From an uncultured cyanobacterium (GTDB lineage Bacteria > Cyanobacteriota > Cyanobacteriia > Phormidesmidales > Phormidesmidaceae): a stretch of DNA of 64,000 nucleotides. Every line of letters starts with the position of its first letter. Within the stretch, counting starts at the first letter, position 1. Location: positions 64,001 through 128,000 of the forward strand of contig CAWBZI010000006.1 in the NCBI GenBank assembly GCA_963793265.1. Direction: 5' to 3'. The position numbers and the translations under genes were made by a program. Of the stretch, positions 1 through 9,597 are shown piece by piece. The notes below the pieces were generated by a model. It was given only the letters and a program-made list of their open reading frames with translations, was not told where the DNA came from and did not search any database.

Positions 1-419
1 GTGCAGATAATATCGCTCATCGCCTTAATCTCAGCGGTGCAATTAATATACGAAATCACCAAGTGATCGGGATGCGCCGCCTTAAACTCAGCGAATTCAT
101 CTGGCGGGCAGCTATCAGCCAGTGAACACCCCGCCGCCAAGTCAGGCAGCAAAACTAGCTTGCTCGGATTCAGAATTTTGGCAGTTTCAGCCATAAAGTG
201 AACCCCTGCAAACACAATTACGTCCGCCTCAGTCGTCGCTGCCTGCTGAGAAAGACCCAGAGAATCACCGATATAGTCCGCAATATCTTGAATATCAGGC
301 TCCTGGTAATAGTGGGCCAAAACAACTGCATTCAGGTCTTTTTTGAGAGTTTCGATTGCTCCAAAAAGATCCTTTGGCAGAGCCGTTTTCTGAACAGGTG
401 CGCTGACGGTGGCAAACAC
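1..419 (-). CDS. nadA: quinolinate synthase NadA, 5' part (runs off the window edge)
   Basis: Manual translation from GTG at 419: [40 protein letters not shown]...[24 protein letters not shown]. Not present in the ORF track. Confidence 0.9.
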   Translation of the reverse strand, partial: MFATVSAPVQKTALPKDLFGAIETLKKDLNAVVLAHYYQEPDIQDIADYIGDSLGLSQQAATTEADVIVFAGVHFMAETAKILNPSKLVLLPDLAAGCSLADSCPPDEFAEFKAAHPDHLVISYINCTAEIKAMSDIIC

Positions 420-541
420 AGACTTTCCTCTCTAAATGTTTTGAATTACCATTTACTAGATTTTAATTATAGTCAAATCTACCAAAATTGCATAGCGCTA
501 GTATCTCAATCGCTGCAGTAAATCATTCCATTAGCAGTAAA

Positions 542-1330
542 TCATTCCATTAGAGGTGCAACCGTCTCTATCCAGGCAGTTGCAGAGACAAAATCAATAG
601 GCATCACGGCTCCTTTCCAATTTGCAGATCCGCTTGCTTCAGCTAGAACGCCTAAATCCTCATCGCGATCACAAACTCCCCTCACCTTCAGCACCACGCC
701 TTCTTCTAACTGATCCTGATAAGCCGCAACTACCTGTCTCACAGCTGCACCTAGCCCAGCCCCCGGCCCAACCAGCTCAGAAAACCGACTTTCCGCCGCA
801 CTGCGCAAAACAACCTTGAACCCAATCTCCTTAGCCGCTTTCACCAGCGCTTCTGCCTCCACTGCCTTAGGCGTCATAAACGGCTCGCTAAACTCCCGAT
901 CCTTAGCCCGGTGCGCAGCCTCCTCCGAAATATCCAAGAACCGCTCTAGCTTCGGCACCGTAAAGTCACCAAAACCCTTCAGCGGATGAGAAATCATATT
1001 AGCTAGCACCCGTAGCCCAGCGCGCGCCTGTACATAAGGGCAGCCCAAATCCTGCACGAAATAATCACCGTCCCGCTCTCCCAGCGGTGGCTCAAAAGGA
1101 TTATGGTTCACTGGCGTAAAAATACCGCTACCGCTTTCAGTGATAAAAGGATCATTCCAGTTGAGCTGCGCTCGAATCGGCTCTATTTCAGCGCGACTAC
1201 AACTTGTAAAAGCAATTATTGGGATGCCTTTAGCGTTTAGATTAGCGATCGCCTGTTTTAGCTGCTCTTTTTTCTCTAATGCCGCTAAAAGCGCCCCATC
1301 CCAAGCAGTTAACACAATTTGATCAACCAT
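542..1330 (-). CDS. HAD-superfamily mannosyl-3-phosphoglycerate phosphatase-like protein with degenerate catalytic motif I
   Basis: DPFITESGSGIF, LKGFGD and REFSEPF segments are typical of MpgP/YedP. Motif I reads TAWDGALL. ATG at 1330 is the likely start. Confidence 0.7.
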   Translation of the reverse strand: MVDQIVLTAWDGALLAALEKKEQLKQAIANLNAKGIPIIAFTSCSRAEIEPIRAQLNWNDPFITESGSGIFTPVNHNPFEPPLGERDGDYFVQDLGCPYVQARAGLRVLANMISHPLKGFGDFTVPKLERFLDISEEAAHRAKDREFSEPFMTPKAVEAEALVKAAKEIGFKVVLRSAAESRFSELVGPGAGLGAAVRQVVAAYQDQLEEGVVLKVRGVCDRDEDLGVLAEASGSANWKGAVMPIDFVSATAWIETVAPLME

Positions 1331-1452
1331 TAATCTCCCCCTAATTTTCACTACAACCGCCGCGTTCACATAGCAGATATACCTTTAAAAGATTAGAACC
1401 CTTTGGCCCCACTGCAAAAGCGACCCTGCCTAAGAATCTGCGTAAGTTAGCT

Positions 1453-2385
1453 ATGCTGAATAAACGTTCAACGGGGTTAACGAACCAAGTGCATCAGTCA
1501 GCTGTCAAAATTGCTGTCGTCGGAGACATTCACGACCTGTGGGAACTAGAAGACAACGAAGCGCTTAACCATCTAGACATCGATCTGGCCATATTTGTAG
1601 GCGACTACGGCAACGAAGCCGTCGAAGTCGTCAGACGCATTGCTGCTGTAGAGTTGCCCAAAGTCGCCGTTATGGGCAATCACGACGCCTACTACTCAGC
1701 GACCAATAAAGGCATCAAAAACTGCCCTTACGATCGCACTCAAGAAGACTGGGTGCAGCTACAGATGGATCTTCTCGGCGAAGCCCACATTGGCTTTAGC
1801 AAAAAAGAATTTCCACAGTTCGACCTCACCATCGTCGGCGGACGCCCCTTCAGCTGGGGAGGCCCCAAATGGCGACACCGCAAATTCTATCGCGACAGAT
1901 TCGACGTTAAAAACTTCGATGAATCGCTTGATTTGATCCTCGCCGCTGCTGATGAGGCCGAACACAACACCCTAATTTTTGTCGGTCACGTTGGCCCCTA
2001 CGGCTTAGGCGATCGCCCCGACGATCCCTGCGGCAAAGACTGGGGCAAAACCAGCGCTGACTATGGCGATCCAGATTTAGCAGGTGCGATCGCCCTCACC
2101 CAGCAGTCCGGCAAGCGCGTCCCCTTAGTCACCTTCGGCCACATGCACCACCAGCTCAAAGACACCGACCAAATTCGTAAGCGTGTCGCCACTGACCCCA
2201 CCGGCACCCTCTACTTCAACGCCGCCAACGTTCCCCGCATAGAACAAACCGAAACCGGCACCACTCGCAGCTTCTCTATTGTCACCCTCAACCAGGGTAC
2301 CGTCGAATCAATCGAACTCACTTGGCTAAATGAAGCCTTTGAACCTATCTCAAAAGAAACCCTTTACGCTACTAGCAAGTCATAG
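1453..2385 (+). CDS. calcineurin-like metallophosphoesterase (TIGR04168/DevT-like)
   Basis: GDIHD, GDYGNE, GNHD and FGHMH metallophosphoesterase motifs. Confidence 0.8.
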   Translation: MLNKRSTGLTNQVHQSAVKIAVVGDIHDLWELEDNEALNHLDIDLAIFVGDYGNEAVEVVRRIAAVELPKVAVMGNHDAYYSATNKGIKNCPYDRTQEDWVQLQMDLLGEAHIGFSKKEFPQFDLTIVGGRPFSWGGPKWRHRKFYRDRFDVKNFDESLDLILAAADEAEHNTLIFVGHVGPYGLGDRPDDPCGKDWGKTSADYGDPDLAGAIALTQQSGKRVPLVTFGHMHHQLKDTDQIRKRVATDPTGTLYFNAANVPRIEQTETGTTRSFSIVTLNQGTVESIELTWLNEAFEPISKETLYATSKS

Positions 2386-2517
2386 CCTGTACTAATTCGC
2401 TCAACAAAAACCTGCACAACAGTAGACGCCATCGGACAAATCAGGCTAATATAGCCAAGCCTATTAGGAACAAGCAGTCCCTGTTATCAACACTATGCTA
2501 GTGCCTGATATCACCTT

Positions 2518-2602
<85 letters not shown>

Positions 2603-2724
2603 TTCAATATTCCTGCCGTCAGCACGTCTATTTTTCAGAAATATAGCCGTCGTCTATGGAGTTTTATTCCGTAGAATGCAAGACTAGATACGCAATAAAA
2701 CCGGCGCGGGCCACAGGAAAAATC

Positions 2725-3459
2725 GTGAAAATATCCGTCTACCACACGCCTGAAGAGGTTCCTACCGGAGCAATGCCTGAGTGTGCGATCGCTATTGACG
2801 TACTCAGAGCCACCACCACCATGGCCGCCGCTTTCAACGCCGGAGCCGAAGCCATCCAAGTCTTCAGCGACCTCGACGAACTCCTGGCTACCAGCGAAAA
2901 CTGGCCCCACCAAAACCGCATCCGGGCAGGCGAACGCGGCGGTCAGCGCGTCGAAGGATTCGATCTTGGCAACTCCCCCCTAGATCACGCCCCCGAAAAA
3001 ACCAAAGGCAAGCGCCTCTTCATGAGTACTACCAACGGTACCCGCTGCCTTCAACGCATCCAAAACGCACCCATCGTCCTCACCGCTGCCCTTACCACCC
3101 GCCAGGCCGTCGTTAACTATCTGCTCATCCACAAACCCAACACCGTTTGGCTCGTAGGCTCCGGTTGGGAAGGCGAATACTCCCTAGAAGACACCATCTG
3201 CGCAGGAGCCATCATCCGAGGCGCAATGGACAAAGCTCAGCTCACTTACACAGACATCATCGGCAATGACGCCGCTCTCGCCTCAGTCAGCCTCTACCAG
3301 CAGTGGCAAACTCAGCTCACAGAGCTTTTACACCACGCCAGCCACGGTCAGCGGCTGCTAAACAAAAACAACACCGCCGACATCGACTACTGCGCCCAGC
3401 TAGACATCCTCGACATCGTACCTATCCAGAAAAGCCCTGGAATCCTAATCTGGAAGTAG
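2725..3459 (+). CDS. comB: 2-phosphosulfolactate phosphatase family protein
   Basis: IDVLRATTT, GERGG..GFDLGNSP, STTNGT and SLEDTICAG motifs. GTG start at 2725. Confidence 0.85.
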   Translation: MKISVYHTPEEVPTGAMPECAIAIDVLRATTTMAAAFNAGAEAIQVFSDLDELLATSENWPHQNRIRAGERGGQRVEGFDLGNSPLDHAPEKTKGKRLFMSTTNGTRCLQRIQNAPIVLTAALTTRQAVVNYLLIHKPNTVWLVGSGWEGEYSLEDTICAGAIIRGAMDKAQLTYTDIIGNDAALASVSLYQQWQTQLTELLHHASHGQRLLNKNNTADIDYCAQLDILDIVPIQKSPGILIWK

Positions 3460-4416
3460 CACCGTCTCACCACGCTCTGAGGCTCGTCGCAGCGCATCTC
3501 CCACGCTCAGCGCATACACACTTTCAGCAGCACTCACGTACAGCGGCTTGCCTTCTATCAAATAATCCAACACCGCACTCGTATCTTTTACGAACAGTCC
3601 TTTTCGCGGTGCCACAGCGATCGCCTCTACCCCATCAGCTGTCGTCAAAGTCCCCTCATTCCTCACAAACGCCAAAGCACCCAAGCTGCCCTGAACCTCT
3701 ATCTCGCGACGATGAACCCACAGATTTTCACCTTTCCCGTAGGTTAGCTCCGCCACCACTCCACTCTCAAACTGAAGCCGCGCAGAACTCAAAACGCTTC
3801 TAAAGTAAGCCGGATCTACTTCACTGCTCACAGATCGTGTACAGCAATCCACCTTACTCACCCGGCCAAACAAATTCGTCAAACGATGCACCCGTGAAAG
3901 TGCCCCACAAAAAGGAAAGCCGAAAAGATCCCGGTTGTATGTCCACTTCGCGGGTGCAGGATTCTGAGGATTTAGCGTTCGATAGCTCACGTAGCTAGGC
4001 GTACCAATTCTAGATAGGTGCGATCGCATCGCCACATGTAACCCGCCCAAAAGCTCAATATGTTCCACATGCAATAGCAAATTCTGCGCTATTGCCAGAT
4101 CCATCAGTTGCCTAGCCTGATCCAAATTCAAAGACAGCGGATACTCCACCACTACATGCTTACCTGCTCTCAAAGCAGCCTCTACAATCTCACCGTGAAG
4201 CGCACTCACAGTTGCGACCACAACCACGTCAATAACATCATGCGCAACTAGCTGCTGCCAATTCACCAAAGGCTGTATACCGTACCTACTCGCAAATAAC
4301 GGCGTTTTCTGACGGCCCGAAACGTAAATAAGCTGCGATCGCTCATCAGCCAGCAAAGCCTCAGCCCTTACCTTCGCAGCATAGCCCGTACCCACCAATC
4401 CAAATCGGACACTCAT
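3445..4416 (-). CDS. bvdR: Gfo/Idh/MocA oxidoreductase, probable biliverdin reductase
   Basis: GLVGTGYAA Rossmann motif, GKHVVVEYPL, LHVEHIELLGG and FGFPFCGALSR resemble cyanobacterial BvdR. Confidence 0.75.
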   Translation of the reverse strand: MSVRFGLVGTGYAAKVRAEALLADERSQLIYVSGRQKTPLFASRYGIQPLVNWQQLVAHDVIDVVVVATVSALHGEIVEAALRAGKHVVVEYPLSLNLDQARQLMDLAIAQNLLLHVEHIELLGGLHVAMRSHLSRIGTPSYVSYRTLNPQNPAPAKWTYNRDLFGFPFCGALSRVHRLTNLFGRVSKVDCCTRSVSSEVDPAYFRSVLSSARLQFESGVVAELTYGKGENLWVHRREIEVQGSLGALAFVRNEGTLTTADGVEAIAVAPRKGLFVKDTSAVLDYLIEGKPLYVSAAESVYALSVGDALRRASERGETVLLPD

Positions 4417-4974
4417 ACACACAATCCAAATCAGCTTCTAAAGACAAAATCGTCTTTTCTGCCAGAGACTAAATACACAGTATTCAACTCAAGTAAGTAT
4501 CTCAAAGTCATTGCATACTTATAAAACACAAACTTTGAATATTAGCTTTAACACCACTCTCTTTAGTTAGAAAATACTCTCAGTAGAGAGACGTTTCTAT
4601 CGCTATCCTACCTCTCTCTACATACATAAGCCGTACTTATCAAAAAGCAGTTACTGATAAAATAAAGGCCGCAAAGATTTGATCGAATTGCTACTCTAAA
4701 AATACTTAGCCCCTATGCTGAAAGGGGTACAAGCTTTTTCTATGTCTTTATGAAAGCGCTAATCATAAGTAAATCCGAGTGTATTCACAACTTTAGATTA
4801 CGAATACCATTCAACATCGCCTTCAATAATAGTCACAGCACAATCGTTTTCTCGTAGTATCAAACTATGCTGCTGCTAAAGCTTATCTCTAACTAATACC
4901 AGAGATAAAAGATCATTAGCAGCTAGCCTTAGAACAAACAAAAGAACAAATCGAATCAACCCAGAGGATCTCGC

Positions 4975-5274
4975 ATGGCTAGCTACAAAGTCACATTGGT
5001 TAACGAAGCTGAAAACTTGAACACCACTATTGAAGTGGCTGAAGACGAGTACATTCTAGATGCTGCCGAAGAGCAAGGCATTGACTTGCCCTACTCCTGC
5101 CGTGCAGGCGCTTGCTCTACCTGTGCTGGCAAAATCACAACCGGCACCGTCGATCAATCCGATCAGTCTTTTCTAGATGACGATCAAATCGAAGCCGGTT
5201 ATGTACTCACTTGCGTGGCATACCCCACGTCTGACTGCACCGTTCAGACACACCAAGAGGAAGAGCTTTACTAG
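4975..5274 (+). CDS. petF: plant-type [2Fe-2S] ferredoxin
   Basis: [16 protein letters not shown]...[25 protein letters not shown]. Confidence 0.97.
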   Translation: MASYKVTLVNEAENLNTTIEVAEDEYILDAAEEQGIDLPYSCRAGACSTCAGKITTGTVDQSDQSFLDDDQIEAGYVLTCVAYPTSDCTVQTHQEEELY

Positions 5275-5290
5275 ACCTCTTCCTTCGTAT

Positions 5291-5338
5291 CAAAGACCCA
5301 CAGCTCGACCCATGGTTCAGTAGAGCTGTGGGTCTTTG
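5291..5338 (+). terminator. stem-loop downstream of petF (terminator or 3' stability hairpin)
   Basis: 16-bp perfect inverted repeat CAAAGACCCACAGCTC / GAGCTGTGGGTCTTTG. Confidence 0.7.
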
Positions 5339-5541
5339 GTGTGTGCTACGCCCAACGGCTGATAATCGAGTAGTTTTCTGAAGCGATCGCAAGAAACCTG
5401 TAAGGGAGTAATGAAGTCTCAAATTCCAGCAGGGTATATTGATATTAACCTTGGTAGCATTGCTACTAGCGACTAGCGTCGTTTTATCAGTACTTATTCA
5501 AACTACCAATCAACACGTCTACGCATGAGGAATCTTCAAAG

Positions 5542-6711
5542 ATGAAAGCCATGATTCTGGCCGCAGGGAAAGGAACTCGGGTACGCCCCATTACCTACAC
5601 CATTCCCAAGCCTATGATTCCGATAATGCAAAAACCCGTCATGGAGTTTTTGCTAGAGCTACTGCGCCAGCATGGGTTCACTCAGATCATGGCTAATGTC
5701 AGCCATCTCGCAAACGAGATTGAAGGCTACTTCAGAGACGGGCAAAGGTTCGGTGTAGAACTCGCTTACTCCTTTGAAGGACGTATTACAGATGGCGAGC
5801 TGGTTGGAGAAGCCATCGGGTCCGCAGGCGGTATGCGCAAAATTCAAGACTTCTCCCCCTTCTTCGACGATACTTTTATCGTCCTCTGCGGCGATGCTCT
5901 GATAGATCTCGATCTTACTGAAGCCCTTCGCCAGCACCGAGAGAAAAAGTCAATCGCAACTATTGTAATGAAGCAGGTACCGCTCAAGCAGGTTCCGAGC
6001 TACGGCGTGGTAGTTACAGATGAGATTGGACGAATCAAGTCCTTTCAAGAGAAACCTACTGTCGAAGAAGCGCTGAGCACTGACATCAATACAGGCATCT
6101 ATATTTTTGAGCCTGAAATCTTCGACTACATTCCTTCTGGCCAAGAGTTCGATATTGGCGGCGACCTCTTCCCCAAGCTTGTTGCGGCTAACGCGCCATT
6201 CCATGGCATCCGAATGGACTTCGAATGGGTTGACATTGGGAAAGTACCCGACTACTGGCAAGCGATTCAAGACGTGTTGACGGGGCAGGTAAAAGGCGTA
6301 AGTGTGCCCGGTAACGAGGTTAGACCTGGTGTATTCGCAGGATTGAACGTCAAAGCCAACTGGGACAAAATTGACATCGAAGGCCCAGTCTATATCGGTG
6401 GGATGACCCACATAGAAGATGGCGCAAAAATTGTTGGCCCTAGCATGATTGGCCCCAACTGCCTCATCTCAAGCGGAACCATCATCGATAAGAGTGTCAT
6501 TTTTGAGTACTCCCGTATAGGTTCTGGGGTTCGCTTGGTCGATAAACTTGTATTTGGCCGCTACTGTGTAGATAAAACAGGTGCTTCTATTGATGTCCAA
6601 GCAGCCGCGCTCGACTGGCTAATCACCGATACCCGTCAAGCGTTCATTGCAGAGCCGCCTATTGAGCATCGGGCGATCGCAGAACTCCTCAACCAAACTA
6701 TCGCTAAATAG
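5542..6711 (+). CDS. cugP: NDP-sugar pyrophosphorylase (CugP-type UDP-glucose pyrophosphorylase / mannose-1-P guanylyltransferase family)
   Basis: MKAMILAAGKGTRVRPIT..IPKPMIPI, EKP motif and C-terminal left-handed beta-helix repeats. Confidence 0.75.
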   Translation: MKAMILAAGKGTRVRPITYTIPKPMIPIMQKPVMEFLLELLRQHGFTQIMANVSHLANEIEGYFRDGQRFGVELAYSFEGRITDGELVGEAIGSAGGMRKIQDFSPFFDDTFIVLCGDALIDLDLTEALRQHREKKSIATIVMKQVPLKQVPSYGVVVTDEIGRIKSFQEKPTVEEALSTDINTGIYIFEPEIFDYIPSGQEFDIGGDLFPKLVAANAPFHGIRMDFEWVDIGKVPDYWQAIQDVLTGQVKGVSVPGNEVRPGVFAGLNVKANWDKIDIEGPVYIGGMTHIEDGAKIVGPSMIGPNCLISSGTIIDKSVIFEYSRIGSGVRLVDKLVFGRYCVDKTGASIDVQAAALDWLITDTRQAFIAEPPIEHRAIAELLNQTIAK

Positions 6712-6748
6712 CAAAATTTAGATAGCCCGACCATCCATATAGCAAAAA

Positions 6749-6779
6749 GAAAGGGCTAACCAGTTGGCTAGCCCTTTTC
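6749..6779. terminator. probable bidirectional terminator between convergent cugP and ycf35
   Basis: AAAGGGCTAACC...GGCTAGCCCTTTT hairpin flanked by A and T runs. Confidence 0.6.
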
Positions 6780-6815
6780 AACTATGGGAACGGCATCGAA
6801 AAAACGAACCGCGAC

Positions 6816-7167
6816 CTACTGAAGAACGAGGCGTACATTTGCATTCTGCAAACCAGGACGCTTAACTTCAGAACAAAGTCTTGTTCACGGCATACTTCTG
6901 GTTGATAGAGTTGATCAACTCAGTCTGGTTGTGCTTTTTAGCGACGCCCCAGAGATCAGCAATCAAATCAAATGAACCATCAGCATTGCGAGACCAGCCG
7001 ATATCATAATCGCCTTCAAGCACAGCTACAATATCAGCACGAACGTTCTGACCGTTGTAGCCACGGATGTTAGCTTCAGTCTTAGTAGTGACCCCTAGGT
7101 CGCTAAGAGAAGACTTTAGAATTTCAGCATCGGTGATTTTGGTGCGCAGAGTACTAAAGTGAGACAT
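6816..7167 (-). CDS. ycf35: DUF1257/Ycf35 family protein, with an apparent +1 frameshift near 6872
   Basis: Begins MSHFSTLRTKITD. Removing one base at 6872-6873 extends the ORF as TLSEVKRPGLQNANVRLVLQ* to 6816. Confidence 0.8.
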
Positions 7168-7354
7168 GTGAGTTTCCTCCTGAAGAGAAATTGAGAGACA
7201 ACGAGGTTAGAAATCGAAAATCAATCAGCTATCAGATGAGATAGAACCTGACGTTTGTTTTAAAATACTAGCTCAAGACTCATTCACAAGAACAATCTTC
7301 AACTAGCACTTCTTCCTGTGGGAGCAGGAAAAAGACTGTTGTAGCTAGCACCGG

Positions 7355-8866
7355 TTAGAATTCCATACGCTGGTATTCCGCTACCGATGAAGCCGCTGGC
7401 CGAGCCCGCTGACGAGCCCAGTCACGCAAAGCCGTTACTTGTTCGCTCATCGTTTTCGACAGCGGCATCGTAGCGCGAATCGCCGCAATAATATCGAGCT
7501 GGGTAAATTCTCGACCTTGAGCAAATGCCTCATACATCGCAGAGATAAGCCCCTGCTCAATTTCGGCACCCGAAAAACCTTCGCAAACTTTACTTAGCTG
7601 ATCAAAATCAAACCTTTCCGTATCAGTACGTCGCTTGCCCAAGTGAATTTTGAAAATCTCCTTTCGCTCTTGCTCGTTCGGCAAATCCACAAAGAAGATC
7701 TCATCAAATCGCCCCTTCCGCAGAAATTCACCTGGCAATCGTTCAACCCTATTCGCAGTTGCAATCACGAATACTGGAGATGTCTTCTCTTGCATCCAAG
7801 TCAAGAAGCTACCAAAGATACGGCTAGACGTACCACCGTCTGAATCAGCCGAGCCTGCGCTTCCAGCAAAAGCCTTATCAATCTCATCAATAAACAGAAC
7901 TGCCGGGGAAATGGACTCTGCTGTTCTCAAGGCCCCTCTTAAGTTAGCCTCCGAACGACCTACCATAGAGCCATCATAAACCCGGCCCATGTCCAGCCGT
8001 AGTAGGGGCAAACCCCATAGCCGCGCTGTCGTTTTTGCAATCAAAGACTTACCGCAACCCGGTACACCCAATATCAGCATTCCTTTAGGCTGAGGCAATC
8101 CATACTCACGCGCCCGCTCAGTAAAGGCATTAGAACGTTGCTTCAACCAATGCTTCAGCTCCTCTAGCCCGCCTACCGAGTCAATTGTCTCATCTTCTTC
8201 GATGTAGTCCAAAATACCGTTACGACGAATAAGTTGCTTTTTCTCAGATAAGACAATGTTGACTTCATTTTCAGTCAACTGTCCTGCCATCACTCTCGAC
8301 TTACGAAATACCTTTTCCGCCTCATCACGAGTTAGTCCTAAAGCAGCCTTTAGTAGCTTTTCCCGACCCTCTGTTGTAATACTTGTTGTTTTGGACTTCT
8401 CTAACTCAGCCGAGAGAACTTGGTTCAACTCAGACATATTAGGCAGTGTGAAGTCTAAAACGACAACTTCCTTCTCTAGCTCCACAGGAACTTCCTGAAC
8501 CGGAGACATCAATATGATTGTTTTCTGAGTTCCTCTAAACCCTTCAATAGCATCTCGCAAGCTACGAGTAACCTCAGGGCTATCTTTAAATGGGTGCAAA
8601 TCCTTGAAGACAAATATGCTAGGCTCCTTCTGCCTCATCGCCCAATTGATAGCAGCTTGAGGAGAAACAGTATTGTTTTGCTGACCTGAGCCTTTGTCCT
8701 GTCCATACTCACTCATGCCATGAGTCATAGTCCAGGTATACATACGCTGCTGTGGTCTTTGCTGGGAAAGCGCAGCGATCGCACGCTCTGCTCGCTCTTC
8801 CTCAAACGTGACCAGATAGATCAACGGATATTGAGCTTGAATTAATACGCTTAGCTCTTCTCTCAT
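7355..8866 (-). CDS. ycf46: AAA+ ATPase, Ycf46 family
   Basis: Walker A GVPGCGKS, Walker B LFIDEIDK, LRKGRFDEIFFVDLP; adjacent to ycf35. Confidence 0.9.
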   Translation of the reverse strand: MREELSVLIQAQYPLIYLVTFEEERAERAIAALSQQRPQQRMYTWTMTHGMSEYGQDKGSGQQNNTVSPQAAINWAMRQKEPSIFVFKDLHPFKDSPEVTRSLRDAIEGFRGTQKTIILMSPVQEVPVELEKEVVVLDFTLPNMSELNQVLSAELEKSKTTSITTEGREKLLKAALGLTRDEAEKVFRKSRVMAGQLTENEVNIVLSEKKQLIRRNGILDYIEEDETIDSVGGLEELKHWLKQRSNAFTERAREYGLPQPKGMLILGVPGCGKSLIAKTTARLWGLPLLRLDMGRVYDGSMVGRSEANLRGALRTAESISPAVLFIDEIDKAFAGSAGSADSDGGTSSRIFGSFLTWMQEKTSPVFVIATANRVERLPGEFLRKGRFDEIFFVDLPNEQERKEIFKIHLGKRRTDTERFDFDQLSKVCEGFSGAEIEQGLISAMYEAFAQGREFTQLDIIAAIRATMPLSKTMSEQVTALRDWARQRARPAASSVAEYQRMEF

Positions 8867-9010
8867 GGCAAACGCCCCCAGTTAAGACGACTTAACTATC
8901 ACTATCTGTACACAGCGGAAACAACAGAATAAGGCAGAAATAACAACAATTCCGTAACAGAGCCAACAAAGTGTCAAAAGACTCTTGCCGATTCATCTAC
9001 CAAAAGACCA

Positions 9011-9373
9011 CTAGCAGGTAATCAGCTCCCCTTCATCAGAACTGTAAGAGCTTGAATTAAGATCCGTAATGCATCCCAACCTAGCCAAGCTTTCAACCTT
9101 CTGCTCAGCGTGACGCTTTACTAAAGTCAATCCATCTCTCTGTATAGCAACAGATGATGAGCATTCTGGACATGTATGAATACGATGCGCCTGACCTATC
9201 GATTGACTCACGCTTTCACCATGACCTTCAACAACATCCGCGTGTCCTAGATAGAACTCGATTGCTCGTTGAGCGATGGACGACATGGTATCACCATCAA
9301 CCGCGGAGCGAATCTTGAACTGCCGGTGCAGGTCATCTGAAATATAGAGCGTGACTTTTTGCTTAGCTGGCAT
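9011..9373 (-). CDS. conserved hypothetical protein (ribbon-helix-helix-like N-terminus, CxxC), first gene of the ycf46 operon
   Basis: KQKVTLYISDDLHRQFKIRSAV and HTCPEC; co-oriented directly upstream of ycf46. Confidence 0.65.
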   Translation of the reverse strand: MPAKQKVTLYISDDLHRQFKIRSAVDGDTMSSIAQRAIEFYLGHADVVEGHGESVSQSIGQAHRIHTCPECSSSVAIQRDGLTLVKRHAEQKVESLARLGCITDLNSSSYSSDEGELITC

Positions 9374-9597
9374 ATCGGATTTGAGTAACGTGTGGCCCCG
9401 GATATGTATAACAAGGTAGCGGCTCTAAATTGTGCTGTCAAGAAGCTATGCTGGCTTGACGTCAATATATATACATAAGTTTACATATTACCTGAAGAGT
9501 TATAGGAAATTCCAGCTACAGCCGTGCAGAGTGACTATGCTGTATGTAAGCCATATACCCAAAGGGTAACCTTTAGTATCCCGACTTTATTTTTTGA

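Noticed and set aside
198..521. 107-aa plus-strand ORF
   Set aside because: It is an antisense shadow of nadA, which is the real gene on the minus strand.
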